From Bacteroidaceae bacterium (GTDB taxonomy: Bacteria; Bacteroidota; Bacteroidia; Bacteroidales; Bacteroidaceae), in contig JAFZKA010000115.1 of assembly GCA_017551925.1 (NCBI GenBank), positions 20,490 through 84,489 on the forward strand: a stretch of DNA of 64,000 nt, in the 5' to 3' direction. Every line of letters starts with the position of its first letter. Within the stretch, counting starts at the first letter, position 1. Below, in pieces: positions 1-9,514 of the stretch. The position numbers and the translations under genes were made by a program. Under the pieces are notes generated by a model. The model worked only from the letters and a program-made list of their open reading frames with translations. It did no database searches and was not told where the DNA came from.

Positions 1-2
1 AG

Positions 3-2300
3 GCCCGCGCCGTATGGAATACCACAGATCATCATCAGTTAGGCGTAACACAGCCCAACGGAAGCATCTGGCATAACGGACTCTCTTTCTGGTGCCCCAA
101 TGTGAACATTTTCCGTGATCCGCGCTGGGGACGCGGACAGGAGACTCCGGGTGAGGATCCATATCTGAACGCCGTAATGGGAACCCAGACCGTAAAAGGT
201 ATGCAGGGTAATGACAAGAAATACCTCAAACTGCACTCATGCGCCAAGCACTATGCTGTGCACAGCGGTCCCGAGCCGTTACGTCACCAGTTCAACGTGA
301 GCGTATCAGGCCGTGATTTGTGGGAGACATACCTGCCTGCATTCCAGAGTCTGGTAAAGGATGGCAACGTACAGGAGGTTATGTGCGCCTATCAGCGTTA
401 TGAGGGTGAGCCCTGCTGCGCCAGCGACCGTCTGCTGCAGGATATCCTGCGCAACAAGTGGGGTTATAAAGGTCTGGTTGTAACTGACTGCGGCGCCATT
501 GGTGATTTCTTCAACGCCCGTCAGCACGGCACACACAAGGATGCCGCAAGCGCATCGGCCGATGCCGTTCTTTCAGGTGCTGACATAGAGTGCGGTACCA
601 GTTACCGTTCACTGACCCAGGCCATAGAGCAGGGACTTATTACAGAGGCTGACATTGACGTAAGTGTACGCCGTATTCTTAAGGCCCGTTTTGAATTGGG
701 TATGTTTGATCCCGCTGAGAACCTGCCGTGGGCTAATCTCGGACTTGAGGACCTGAGCAGTCCCGCTCATACCGCTCTTGCCAGCAAGGCTGCCCATGAG
801 GCAATAGTTCTGCTTAAGAACAGCAACAACCTGCTGCCTCTCAAAAAGAACATGAAGATTGCTGTTGTAGGTCCTAATGCCGATGACGCACGCGTTATTT
901 TGGGTAACTACAACGGTTATCCGTCAGCAGCCAACACCAAGACCATTCTGGACGGTATCCGTGAGGCTGCTCCAAGTGCGGAGATTATCTATGAAAAGGG
1001 TTGTGACCTGAATGTTCCGTATATCACCAAGCATTACGTTTCAGAGATAAACGGCGGCAAGGGCCTGCACGCTGAGTACTACAACAGCCTTGACTGGACC
1101 GGCAATGTTGCAGCCAAGGTTGACTATGATGAGCCTTTGAGCCTGAACACCACATCACCCGCACTGGCACATGAGGATTGTCCGTGGGAGGATGGCGTTA
1201 ACATGACCGGTTTCTCAGCCAGATATACAGGTAGTTTCATTGCCGATTACACTGGTGATATGGTCTATAATGTACGCGGCAGTTCACGCTACAACTTTAT
1301 AGTAAACGGTGATACCATTGCCAAGAATGCCGGTCAGGGCGGTGGCCGCGGTGGTTTTGGCGGATTCGGTGGTTTCGGCGGCGGCTTTGGCCGTGGTGCT
1401 GCAGCAACCACATTTAAGGTTGAGGCCGGCAAGACATACAATATTTATATTGATCTGGTACAGCCCGAGGCCCGTTCCGCTTCATTTTCATTTGATATCT
1501 ATAGTCGCGGTCCCGTTGATTTTGCAAGCGTTGTAAAGAAAATCTCAAAGGCTGACGTAATAGTTATGGTAAGCGGTATCTCATCAGATATTGAGGGTGA
1601 GGGACATGACCGTTCTGAGATTGAACTCCCTGAAATCCAGCAGCAGTTGCTTGCTGAACTTGACGCTACCGGCAAGCCCATCGTTCTGGTCAACGTATCA
1701 GGCAGCGCCATGGGATTCGGAAACGTTGAGAGCAAGTATGACGCTCTTATCCAGGCATGGTACGGAGGTCAGGCTTGCGGCGAGGCCGTAGCCGATGTCC
1801 TGTTCGGTGACTACAATCCTGCCGGACGCCTGCCGGTTACTTTCTACAAGTCAACAGACCAACTCCCGGATTTCCAGGACTACTCAATGCAGAACCGTAC
1901 CTACCGTTACTTCAAGGGTGAGCCCCTGTATGCATTCGGTTACGGTCTGAGTTACACCACATTCAGTTACGGTGATGCCAAGACAGCAGGCAAGGCTCAG
2001 TCAATGACACTGACCGTTCCTGTTACCAATACCGGTAAGATTGCCGGCGATGAGGTTATTCAGGTCTATGTCAAGTCACTTGATGATGCAGGTGCTCCCA
2101 TCAAGTCACTTGCCGGATTCAACCGCGTTAACATTGCTGCCGGTGAGACCAAGAGTGTCAAGGTTGAACTCAACAAGGATGCTTTCAGTTTCTATGACGA
2201 GGCGACTGACGGACTTAAGTTCAAACCCGGCCGTTACCGTATCCTTTACGGAGGTTCATCACTTGATTCTGACCTCAAGAGTATAGAGGTTACTCTCTGA
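3..2300 (+). CDS. Glycoside hydrolase family 3 (beta-glucosidase/beta-xylosidase type) with PA14-like insert; 5' end lies outside the window
   Basis: The frame of ORF 102..2300 stays open back to base 3 (..GLSFWCPNVNIFRDPRWGRGQETPGEDPYL, GH3 catalytic-domain signature). Also KHYAVHSGPE, VVTDCGAI and the C-terminal GH3 end YRYFKGEPLYAFGYGLSYTTF. A PA14-like segment (HAEYYNS..FSARYTG..) interrupts the fold. Confidence 0.9.
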   Translation, partial: ARAVWNTTDHHQLGVTQPNGSIWHNGLSFWCPNVNIFRDPRWGRGQETPGEDPYLNAVMGTQTVKGMQGNDKKYLKLHSCAKHYAVHSGPEPLRHQFNVSVSGRDLWETYLPAFQSLVKDGNVQEVMCAYQRYEGEPCCASDRLLQDILRNKWGYKGLVVTDCGAIGDFFNARQHGTHKDAASASADAVLSGADIECGTSYRSLTQAIEQGLITEADIDVSVRRILKARFELGMFDPAENLPWANLGLEDLSSPAHTALASKAAHEAIVLLKNSNNLLPLKKNMKIAVVGPNADDARVILGNYNGYPSAANTKTILDGIREAAPSAEIIYEKGCDLNVPYITKHYVSEINGGKGLHAEYYNSLDWTGNVAAKVDYDEPLSLNTTSPALAHEDCPWEDGVNMTGFSARYTGSFIADYTGDMVYNVRGSSRYNFIVNGDTIAKNAGQGGGRGGFGGFGGFGGGFGRGAAATTFKVEAGKTYNIYIDLVQPEARSASFSFDIYSRGPVDFASVVKKISKADVIVMVSGISSDIEGEGHDRSEIELPEIQQQLLAELDATGKPIVLVNVSGSAMGFGNVESKYDALIQAWYGGQACGEAVADVLFGDYNPAGRLPVTFYKSTDQLPDFQDYSMQNRTYRYFKGEPLYAFGYGLSYTTFSYGDAKTAGKAQSMTLTVPVTNTGKIAGDEVIQVYVKSLDDAGAPIKSLAGFNRVNIAAGETKSVKVELNKDAFSFYDEATDGLKFKPGRYRILYGGSSLDSDLKSIEVTL

Positions 2301-2309
2301 TAAGATATA

Positions 2310-2340
2310 GGGATGCTGCCGTGCGGCGGCATCCCTTTTA
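2310..2340 (+). terminator. Rho-independent terminator after the GH3 gene
   Basis: Hairpin gggatgctgcc-gtgc-ggcggcatccc (11 bp including one G-U) followed by tttta, 10 nt after the stop codon. Confidence 0.6.
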
Positions 2341-2376
2341 CATATGTCTTTTTAAGTATAGTCCTATATAATCAAA

Positions 2377-2850
2377 ATGAAAATCAAACAAGTAACTGTA
2401 ATGGTTATGACAATGCTGTGGTGCTTGCCCGGCTTTGCCAGTCTTTCACTTTTAATTCATCTTTCAGACAGCACAGAGATTGTGTGCAGCCTGGCCAAGG
2501 AACCCAAGATGTCTTTCCAGGACAAGTCAATGACATTGTCTTCAATTGACGGAACAGTGGGACAGTGGAACTTTTCTGATGTCGAGTCATGGAACTTTGC
2601 CGACGTTAAGGATGTTGATGCCGTGAATCCTGTAAATGCAGAAAAAGCGCGTATCTTGATTGAGGACGGAAAACTCACCGTTGCCGGAATCAAAGCAGAC
2701 AATATTGCCGTTTATGATGCAGCAGGACGTCTGGTTACTCCAGAACTCAACACCGTTGAGGGCAATATCAGTATTGACATAAACGGTTTAGAAAGAGGTT
2801 CCTATCTGCTTAAGGCAGGCAACAGTTCCATTAAGTTCTTAGTCCAATAA
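2377..2850 (+). CDS. Small secreted protein with T9SS (Por) C-terminal sorting domain
   Basis: ATG start. Hydrophobic N-terminus (MKIKQVTVMVMTMLWCLPGFASL). The C-terminal ~80 aa resemble a T9SS CTD (IAVYDAAGRLV..ISIDINGLERGSYLLKAGNSSIKFLVQ). Confidence 0.6.
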   Translation: MKIKQVTVMVMTMLWCLPGFASLSLLIHLSDSTEIVCSLAKEPKMSFQDKSMTLSSIDGTVGQWNFSDVESWNFADVKDVDAVNPVNAEKARILIEDGKLTVAGIKADNIAVYDAAGRLVTPELNTVEGNISIDINGLERGSYLLKAGNSSIKFLVQ

Positions 2851-2853
2851 TCC

Positions 2854-4848
2854 ATGCAGAATAAATTCCGTTTGCTTGTGGCATTATGTCTCCTTTTTGT
2901 CGCAAGCAGCATCAGAGCACAACAGAATATCTATCTGAATGAGCCTTTTGGCGTGTACAACAGGGTTCGCATTTTCAATGATGTTGATGAGATTACTTAC
3001 GGACCTGACAGTCTGAAGGTCTGGAGTGATGATAAATCTTACGCATTTGATGTGTCTCAAGTAAGTTCAATGGGCTTCCATGAGATGGATCCGTGGCGTG
3101 TCAAGTCAATGCCTGAAAAGTATTGGGCAGATTTTGACTATGACATTGCTTTTCTGGAATCAGACAAGGAGCGTGTCAAGGAAGAGCCTGTGGAGACTGA
3201 TCCGGCAAGTGTGCAATATGATGATTTTGTAGAACACAGCACATGGAGCAAAACCGTCAATATTACCTTTTTTGAGAACAGCGTTTCTGTAACAGGTGAC
3301 ATTGACTCTCTTAACCTGACTATAGAGGGTGCTCATGTGACGGTTCAGACCACAGCCGCCCAAATAAAATACATATTGTCTGGGAACAGCAGTGATGCAG
3401 GCTTTAAACTGTACAGTGAGCGTAAGGCCTATCTGGTATTCAACGGAGTGAATCTTACCAACCCCAGGGGGCCTGTCATAAACAGTCAGTTGAAAAAGCG
3501 CCTGTTTATTGAGATTCCTGAGAATACTGTCAACACCCTTTGTGACGGTGAGACATATGACAAGGTTAAAGGTGAAGATCAGCGCGGCTGTATATTTGCC
3601 GAGGGTAAGATATGTATATCGGGCCAGGGTCAACTCTATGTTACAGCCAACAAAAAATGCGGCATCGCCTCTGACAAATACATTCATATGATGGGCGGTT
3701 TTGTTCATGTAAACGCTAATGCGGAGAAGGGCAAGGCTGTTTATGGACAGGAGAATGTTATCATTGGCGGCGGTGTTTTGAGAACCTGGTGCGGCGGTGC
3801 TGCAGGTAAGGGTATTGCTTCGGACTCATTGCTCTGGATAACAGGTGGCGTGGTAAAGGCAATCACAACGGGAGGCGTCATATGGGACGAAACTGAAGAG
3901 GATTACAGTTCATCCTGCGGAATAAAGAGCAATTGGGATATGGATATCTCAGGAGGTGAGATATACTGTTTCTCAACCGGAACAGGCGGTAAGGGTATCA
4001 GTGCCGGTCACTATGTGGAGATTACCGTCAATGAAAAGATCAAGAAATACTATTACGGCGGTCTGACTATTGCCGATGCCGATATCTATGTCCGCACAAG
4101 CGGAAAACGTATTCCTGAAGAGAAGGAAGAGGACGGGCACGGACACAAGGTGGGTGCCTCAGCTTCACCTAAATGTATCAAGTGCATTGATAAGATGGTC
4201 ATCTATTCAGGTAACATATATGTGAGAGGTTCAGGTGGCGGTGCAGCCGAGGGACTGGAATCAAAGAAACATATAGATATCCATAGCGGTAAGATACGCA
4301 GTTACTGTACTGATGACGGAATGAACTGCTCAGGTTGTGTAATGTATGGCGGCGATGTGCTGATTTGCAGTTCAGAGAACGATGGCCTTGATGCAAGCAG
4401 CCTTAAGATGTATGGCGGTATAATGTATGGCATAGGCAGTTGGGATGCCCAGATGGGTGTGGATACTGACGGCAAGACCTTTGAGATATATGGCGGTGAG
4501 ATAATAGGCGTAGGTGCACGCAGTTGCACACCGCATGGCACCTGCTCTCAGGCCAGCGTATGTTTCTATCTGCCCAAAACCTATTGCAGCGGTGTAGCCG
4601 TGGCCGATGAGGAGGGTAATATAATTACCCAATTCCCAACACCTAATACGTACGATGTCCTGTGCCTGTTTGTAACAAATGACCAGATACAGGTTGGCAA
4701 AAAGTACAAGATACTCAGTTATAAGGATTCATTCAACGATACTCCGGTGGTAGAATATGATTTCTCAATGGAAGAGGAGTATCTGGAGAAAATTGAAGAA
4801 AAATTCATCACACTTGGCAGTAAAAAATCAAAAGAGACAACCAAATGA
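2854..4848 (+). CDS. Exported parallel beta-helix carbohydrate-binding-domain protein (Cthe_2159/DUF4353-like)
   Basis: Signal peptide MQNKFRLLVALCLLFVASSIRAQQ. Repeated GG-x-hydrophobic..DG turns (ISGGEIYCFSTGTGGKGISAG, IHSGKIRSYCTDDGMNCSG, MYGGDVLICSSENDGLDAS, IYGGEIIGVG). Confidence 0.55.
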   Translation: MQNKFRLLVALCLLFVASSIRAQQNIYLNEPFGVYNRVRIFNDVDEITYGPDSLKVWSDDKSYAFDVSQVSSMGFHEMDPWRVKSMPEKYWADFDYDIAFLESDKERVKEEPVETDPASVQYDDFVEHSTWSKTVNITFFENSVSVTGDIDSLNLTIEGAHVTVQTTAAQIKYILSGNSSDAGFKLYSERKAYLVFNGVNLTNPRGPVINSQLKKRLFIEIPENTVNTLCDGETYDKVKGEDQRGCIFAEGKICISGQGQLYVTANKKCGIASDKYIHMMGGFVHVNANAEKGKAVYGQENVIIGGGVLRTWCGGAAGKGIASDSLLWITGGVVKAITTGGVIWDETEEDYSSSCGIKSNWDMDISGGEIYCFSTGTGGKGISAGHYVEITVNEKIKKYYYGGLTIADADIYVRTSGKRIPEEKEEDGHGHKVGASASPKCIKCIDKMVIYSGNIYVRGSGGGAAEGLESKKHIDIHSGKIRSYCTDDGMNCSGCVMYGGDVLICSSENDGLDASSLKMYGGIMYGIGSWDAQMGVDTDGKTFEIYGGEIIGVGARSCTPHGTCSQASVCFYLPKTYCSGVAVADEEGNIITQFPTPNTYDVLCLFVTNDQIQVGKKYKILSYKDSFNDTPVVEYDFSMEEEYLEKIEEKFITLGSKKSKETTK

Positions 4849-7800
4849 AAAAGTTGTTACTCATATCTTTCACATTGCTTTCAAACCTTACTTTGACTGC
4901 ACAGCGCAACTGTGGGTTGTGGCTCAATGAGGTGCCTCTTGTGGCGGACACCGCAGGAACTACCATATATGCTACGGTAGATCCTGCAGTTAACGGTGCC
5001 CTGGTTGGCACGTTACGTTGGGATGAGAACCTTTATGACGGCATAGAATTGAACGGCGTTGCTCTTGAAAACGGCACTAGAAACAATCTCTATGTTCAGA
5101 ACTGGTCAATGAATGCCGTTCATGCCCTGACTGTAAATAATGCTGAAAACAGAGAGTGGAAACTTGTATTCAGCACATTACCTTTTGTGGTCATAGACTG
5201 CCCGTTGAAAGAGATGGACAGGACCTACAGCATGACCAAGGGAACCGAAGGCCATAACAAGAAGTTCCCGGGCTATGTGAGCGTGATTGATGCCCGTTGC
5301 CGTACAAAACTCAAGGATTCTCAGGTAGAGGGTATGGCCTGTTTCAGTTCTGAAATACAGACACGTCTGAGAGGTGCTACAACCGGTTCACAACCCAAGC
5401 AGAGTCTCAATATAGAACTTGTCAAGGATGGTGAGAGTCAGGATGCACATCTTTTGGGATACCGTAAGGATGATGACTGGATATTATCGGCCGAATACCT
5501 TGATTACAGCCGTATGCGCAACCGCGTGCTTATGGATTTGTGGACTGCCGTTGACAAACTCCCTTATGAGACTGACAACAAATACCAGTGCAACGGTACA
5601 CAGGGCGAGTTTGTTGAGGTGTTTATAAACGGTGCCTATTACGGCATGTACTGCTTTACTGACAAGATAGACCGTAAGAAACTGAACCTTAAAAAGACCA
5701 AGGAGGCTACAGATACTGAGCCAGAGGTAAAACGCGGTCTGCTGTGGAAAGCCAACTGGGAGTGCGGTGAGACATATTTGGGCAGTTATGATTCACTCCC
5801 GGCAAATGATTCCTTTTTGTGGCCATATATAAAATCAAAACAGTCATACGGATGGGAACAGAAATATCCTGATGACACTATAACACAGGCGTTCTTTACT
5901 CCTATCTGTGAACTTATGGATTTCTTTGACACCAAGGAGTTCAAGACCACTTACAATGATTGGCTTTATGAGGATAATGTAATTGACTTCATGCTTTTCA
6001 TTCAGGCATTCCAACTGGTGGATAATCAAAAGAAGAACTACTATCTGAGTGTACGCAACATAGATAAGGAGGAAAAGTTCCTCTTTACGCTTTGGGATCT
6101 TGACGGTTCTATAGGTCGTATGGCAGGAGGCAGTGTTTCTTCAAGAGATTCCAAGCAGATGGCATGGGGTGAGAAACTGGGATACCACCACCTGATACAT
6201 ATGTTCAAGACCAAGAAGGAGCGTCCTGATGATTTTGCCACCAAGATGAACAACCGCTGGCAATATCTCTCAACTCATGAACTGTCTCTTGAGAACATCA
6301 GGGCTTTGATGGAAAAATACGCTGACCTGTTTGTCACTTCAGGAGCATGGCAGAGAGAGAGGGCACGCTGGGTACCGACATACAAGAAGGGTGTGGCCAA
6401 AATAACGGAAACTCCTCATGAGGAGGTTGACTCAATGATTGCATTCCTTGAGGTAAACTATGCCATATTCAATGAGAAAATGGAATCTGACAAGTGGACT
6501 CCCCATGGTGTGTACAATGAGGCGGCGTATATCAGTGAAAAGACAGAGACTGTTGACGCACTTTATATAATAGGAAATGATGTTGTTTCAAAGCATGAGG
6601 ACGCTAAAGTAACCATGCAGGGCAGTGTAGATCAGGAACTCGTTGATGATATCAGTGAGATTGACTACAGGGATGGTCAGATGATTCTGGTGCGAAATGA
6701 TGGCGAGCATCCGTATGAATTTGAAGACATAAAGGAGGTCAGGACCAAGCATGTAGGCATTTATCCCACACCGGCTTATATTCCCGATAGCCTGAAACAG
6801 TACTTTGATTTTGATACGCACTATGCTCCCATAAATGAGTTTACCGCAACCAAGGATACGTCATTCGTTGTTCAGCGCACCATAAAGATTACGTTTGACG
6901 GCGATAAGGCTTATGTGAGCGGTAATCTTGACGGCTGCAGCGTTACGGTTGACAGCGCAACCGTCACTTTTGCAACTGAACTTGAAGGTGTGGTGTTACT
7001 TTTGGGCGGAACATCTGACAAGGGAAAGATTGTTATTGACAGCAAGTATCCCTGCAAACTGTCAGCCGTGCAGGGCGGAACCATGCTCTCCAGTATCATT
7101 GCCAATTGTGATCTGACTGTCAACACTCCTTATGCACTGAACTTCTATAATGATGTGTTTGACGGAAAGTGTATCTACACCACTGGCACTGTCACTTTTG
7201 AGGACGGTAATCTCTATTTCCTATTAACTTGCAGCGGCACACTGACTGACGCATCGTTCCCGAAAACGGCAGAACTGGGTGCGCGCGCGGTTCTGGCCAC
7301 AAACATCAATGTCAATGGCGGAAAGATCTGCATCAAGTCAATAGGTCATAATGGTGCCGTCGGTCTGGCTGCAACTGAACAGTTGACAATAAACGGAGGT
7401 AAGAACTATATTGCAACCTATGACGATCCGTTAAAGATAGGCAAGGACCTGGCCATCAACGGTGGTTTTACCTTTACATCAAGTCTCACCAATGACGGAA
7501 CTGATTCAAAGAGTTCCATACACGTGAATGGCGGATTTATCTGCGCCTGCGGCCCGGAGGGCTCTGAGGCGGCATTTGATGTAAAAAGTTTCACTATTAC
7601 CGGCGGAACGGTGATAGGTCTTGCCCATAAATGCGATAAGCCCAAAAAGGCAAAAGAGACAAGCCAGGCTTTCATATTACTTGATTTTTATACTGATTTG
7701 AAACGATATGTGAAGATTGCTGATGCTGATGGTGGTGAGGTGGCTATGCTTGAAATTCAGGCATATCCTACACAGACAATCTTTTATTCTTCGGCTGCAC

Positions 7801-7892
7801 TCGTAAAGGACGGTATCTACACCATCCTTACAGGTGATACTACTGATTCATTGCAGGAATTGACTACGGTGACTGCAATTACTGAGAAATGA
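4845..7892 (+). CDS. CotH kinase-family protein fused to a C-terminal Cthe_2159-like beta-helix domain
   Basis: ATGA overlap with the previous gene and a signal peptide. CotH core KKNYYLSVRNIDKEEKFLFTLWDLDGSIGR. The C-terminal ~380 aa repeat the architecture of 2854..4848 (ITFDGDKAYVSGNLDGCSVTVDSATVTF vs ITFFENSVSVTGDIDSLNLTIEGAHVTV). Confidence 0.75.
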   Translation: MKKLLLISFTLLSNLTLTAQRNCGLWLNEVPLVADTAGTTIYATVDPAVNGALVGTLRWDENLYDGIELNGVALENGTRNNLYVQNWSMNAVHALTVNNAENREWKLVFSTLPFVVIDCPLKEMDRTYSMTKGTEGHNKKFPGYVSVIDARCRTKLKDSQVEGMACFSSEIQTRLRGATTGSQPKQSLNIELVKDGESQDAHLLGYRKDDDWILSAEYLDYSRMRNRVLMDLWTAVDKLPYETDNKYQCNGTQGEFVEVFINGAYYGMYCFTDKIDRKKLNLKKTKEATDTEPEVKRGLLWKANWECGETYLGSYDSLPANDSFLWPYIKSKQSYGWEQKYPDDTITQAFFTPICELMDFFDTKEFKTTYNDWLYEDNVIDFMLFIQAFQLVDNQKKNYYLSVRNIDKEEKFLFTLWDLDGSIGRMAGGSVSSRDSKQMAWGEKLGYHHLIHMFKTKKERPDDFATKMNNRWQYLSTHELSLENIRALMEKYADLFVTSGAWQRERARWVPTYKKGVAKITETPHEEVDSMIAFLEVNYAIFNEKMESDKWTPHGVYNEAAYISEKTETVDALYIIGNDVVSKHEDAKVTMQGSVDQELVDDISEIDYRDGQMILVRNDGEHPYEFEDIKEVRTKHVGIYPTPAYIPDSLKQYFDFDTHYAPINEFTATKDTSFVVQRTIKITFDGDKAYVSGNLDGCSVTVDSATVTFATELEGVVLLLGGTSDKGKIVIDSKYPCKLSAVQGGTMLSSIIANCDLTVNTPYALNFYNDVFDGKCIYTTGTVTFEDGNLYFLLTCSGTLTDASFPKTAELGARAVLATNINVNGGKICIKSIGHNGAVGLAATEQLTINGGKNYIATYDDPLKIGKDLAINGGFTFTSSLTNDGTDSKSSIHVNGGFICACGPEGSEAAFDVKSFTITGGTVIGLAHKCDKPKKAKETSQAFILLDFYTDLKRYVKIADADGGEVAMLEIQAYPTQTIFYSSAALVKDGIYTILTGDTTDSLQELTTVTAITEK

Positions 7893-7914
7893 GATTATAT
7901 CCTAAGGACTACCA

Positions 7915-9408
7915 ATGAACCTTATTCCTTACAAAACAGCACGCAGGATTACGCTGACTGCCGTTCTGACGGTGCTGTTGTTGCCTTTCCAATCTGAAAT
8001 AACCTCTATATCGGCCCAAACCAATGATGCCTTGCCGGTGTTGAGAGTAAGTTTTGATGGCAAGTTCAAGAAAGGTATGACCGAGTACCTGAATGGAAAG
8101 ATGCAGTTGACCGATGTTGACGGATCTGTTGTTGAGTTGCCTGCCATGTTCAAGACTCGTGGTGCAACAGCCGCAAGTTACATGATGAAGCCTTCATTCA
8201 ATATGAAGTTGAAATCTGATGACTATACAGAAGAGGTTGATTCAACGCTTTTGGATTTGAGGTCATGCTCATCATGGATTCTTGATGCTATGGCTATTGA
8301 CCGCATCTGCATGCGCAACCGTGTATGCTTTGATACATGGAATGAGTTCTCGAGACTTCCTTATGAAACTCAATTTGATGGTCGTTATGGCACAATAGGA
8401 CGTTTTGTTGAGGTGTATATCAATGACAAGTACTATGGCATATATTGTCTGAATGACCGTATAAACCGCAAACTGCTGGATCTGAAAAAGACCAAAGTGG
8501 AAAAGGATGGTTCAGTTCAGGTTCGCGGTGTGTTGTATAAGAGTGGTACCTCTGACATCAACCCACAGGAAAAGCCCGGTTATAATGAAGATTCAACGGC
8601 ATGCGTGGTTTCATGGCACAATGCATGGGAATTGACATATCCAGATGAATATGGAGGCGTACAGGCTTGGGAACCTTTGCAGGATGCTTTTACCAACGGT
8701 AAGAATGCCGAGTATATAAAAAAATACTTCTATCTGGAGAATCTGGCAGATTATCAGATTCTAATAATGGCGTTTTCAATCGGTGACAACTGGGGTAACA
8801 AGAATCATTATCTTTCAGTACGCAACATAAACAAGAGCATTGATGATCCTGATCCGGCTGAGGCAGACAAACGTCGTTTTGTCCTTATCCCTTGGGATCT
8901 GGACACCAGTCTGGGCGGCAGATATGATGGCGCATATTATAATGGCACATATTCTGTATGGTCGCTTAAGGATATCAGTAAGAATGCTCTCTATCCGATA
9001 TCGGCCTTAAGTGGAGATGCTGAATACAAAGCCATTCTCAAGCGTCGTTGGCTTGAGGCTCGCCAAGGCGCTTTTTCTGTATGGTCAGTAAAGAATAAAC
9101 TTGAAAAATACCGTGATCTGTTCCTGCAGAGCGGAGCATGGGATAGAATGGTGACATACTTTGACGGCCAGAAAAGCAGGCCAAAGTATGTAAATGACCT
9201 TACTCTTGAAATAGGATTGATAGAGGAGTGGTATGAAGCCCGTTTCCGTGAGATGGATGCCTACTTTGGCACGGAGAATGATGTTGATATCATAACAATG
9301 CCCGGTTCTCAGGAGAAACCCATTTACGACCTGTACGGCCGCAAAATAGAGTCCGATGCCCTTGCTCCCGGCCTCTACATCCGTGATGGTAAGATTGTTG
9401 CGCAGTGA
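7915..9408 (+). CDS. CotH kinase-family protein (exported paralog)
   Basis: Signal-like N-terminus. CotH core GNKNHYLSVRNINKS..RRFVLIPWDLDTSLGG. Colinear with the N-half of 4845..7892 (FVEVYINDKYYGIYCLNDRINRKLLDLKKTK vs FVEVFINGAYYGMYCFTDKIDRKKLNLKKTK). Confidence 0.8.
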   Translation: MNLIPYKTARRITLTAVLTVLLLPFQSEITSISAQTNDALPVLRVSFDGKFKKGMTEYLNGKMQLTDVDGSVVELPAMFKTRGATAASYMMKPSFNMKLKSDDYTEEVDSTLLDLRSCSSWILDAMAIDRICMRNRVCFDTWNEFSRLPYETQFDGRYGTIGRFVEVYINDKYYGIYCLNDRINRKLLDLKKTKVEKDGSVQVRGVLYKSGTSDINPQEKPGYNEDSTACVVSWHNAWELTYPDEYGGVQAWEPLQDAFTNGKNAEYIKKYFYLENLADYQILIMAFSIGDNWGNKNHYLSVRNINKSIDDPDPAEADKRRFVLIPWDLDTSLGGRYDGAYYNGTYSVWSLKDISKNALYPISALSGDAEYKAILKRRWLEARQGAFSVWSVKNKLEKYRDLFLQSGAWDRMVTYFDGQKSRPKYVNDLTLEIGLIEEWYEARFREMDAYFGTENDVDIITMPGSQEKPIYDLYGRKIESDALAPGLYIRDGKIVAQ

Positions 9409-9514
9409 CAATAAGACCGTTCCCTTGTGCCATAAATAAAAGTTGTAAATGCAAATATAAAATAGGAAATCTGTACTTAATCGTTGCAAATGCAACAATA
9501 ATATCACTACGGAT

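Noticed and set aside
3160-3708. A 182-aa minus-strand ORF inside the beta-helix protein gene.
   Set aside because: It has no signal or motif and is fully contained in a better-supported plus-strand gene within a co-directional cluster.
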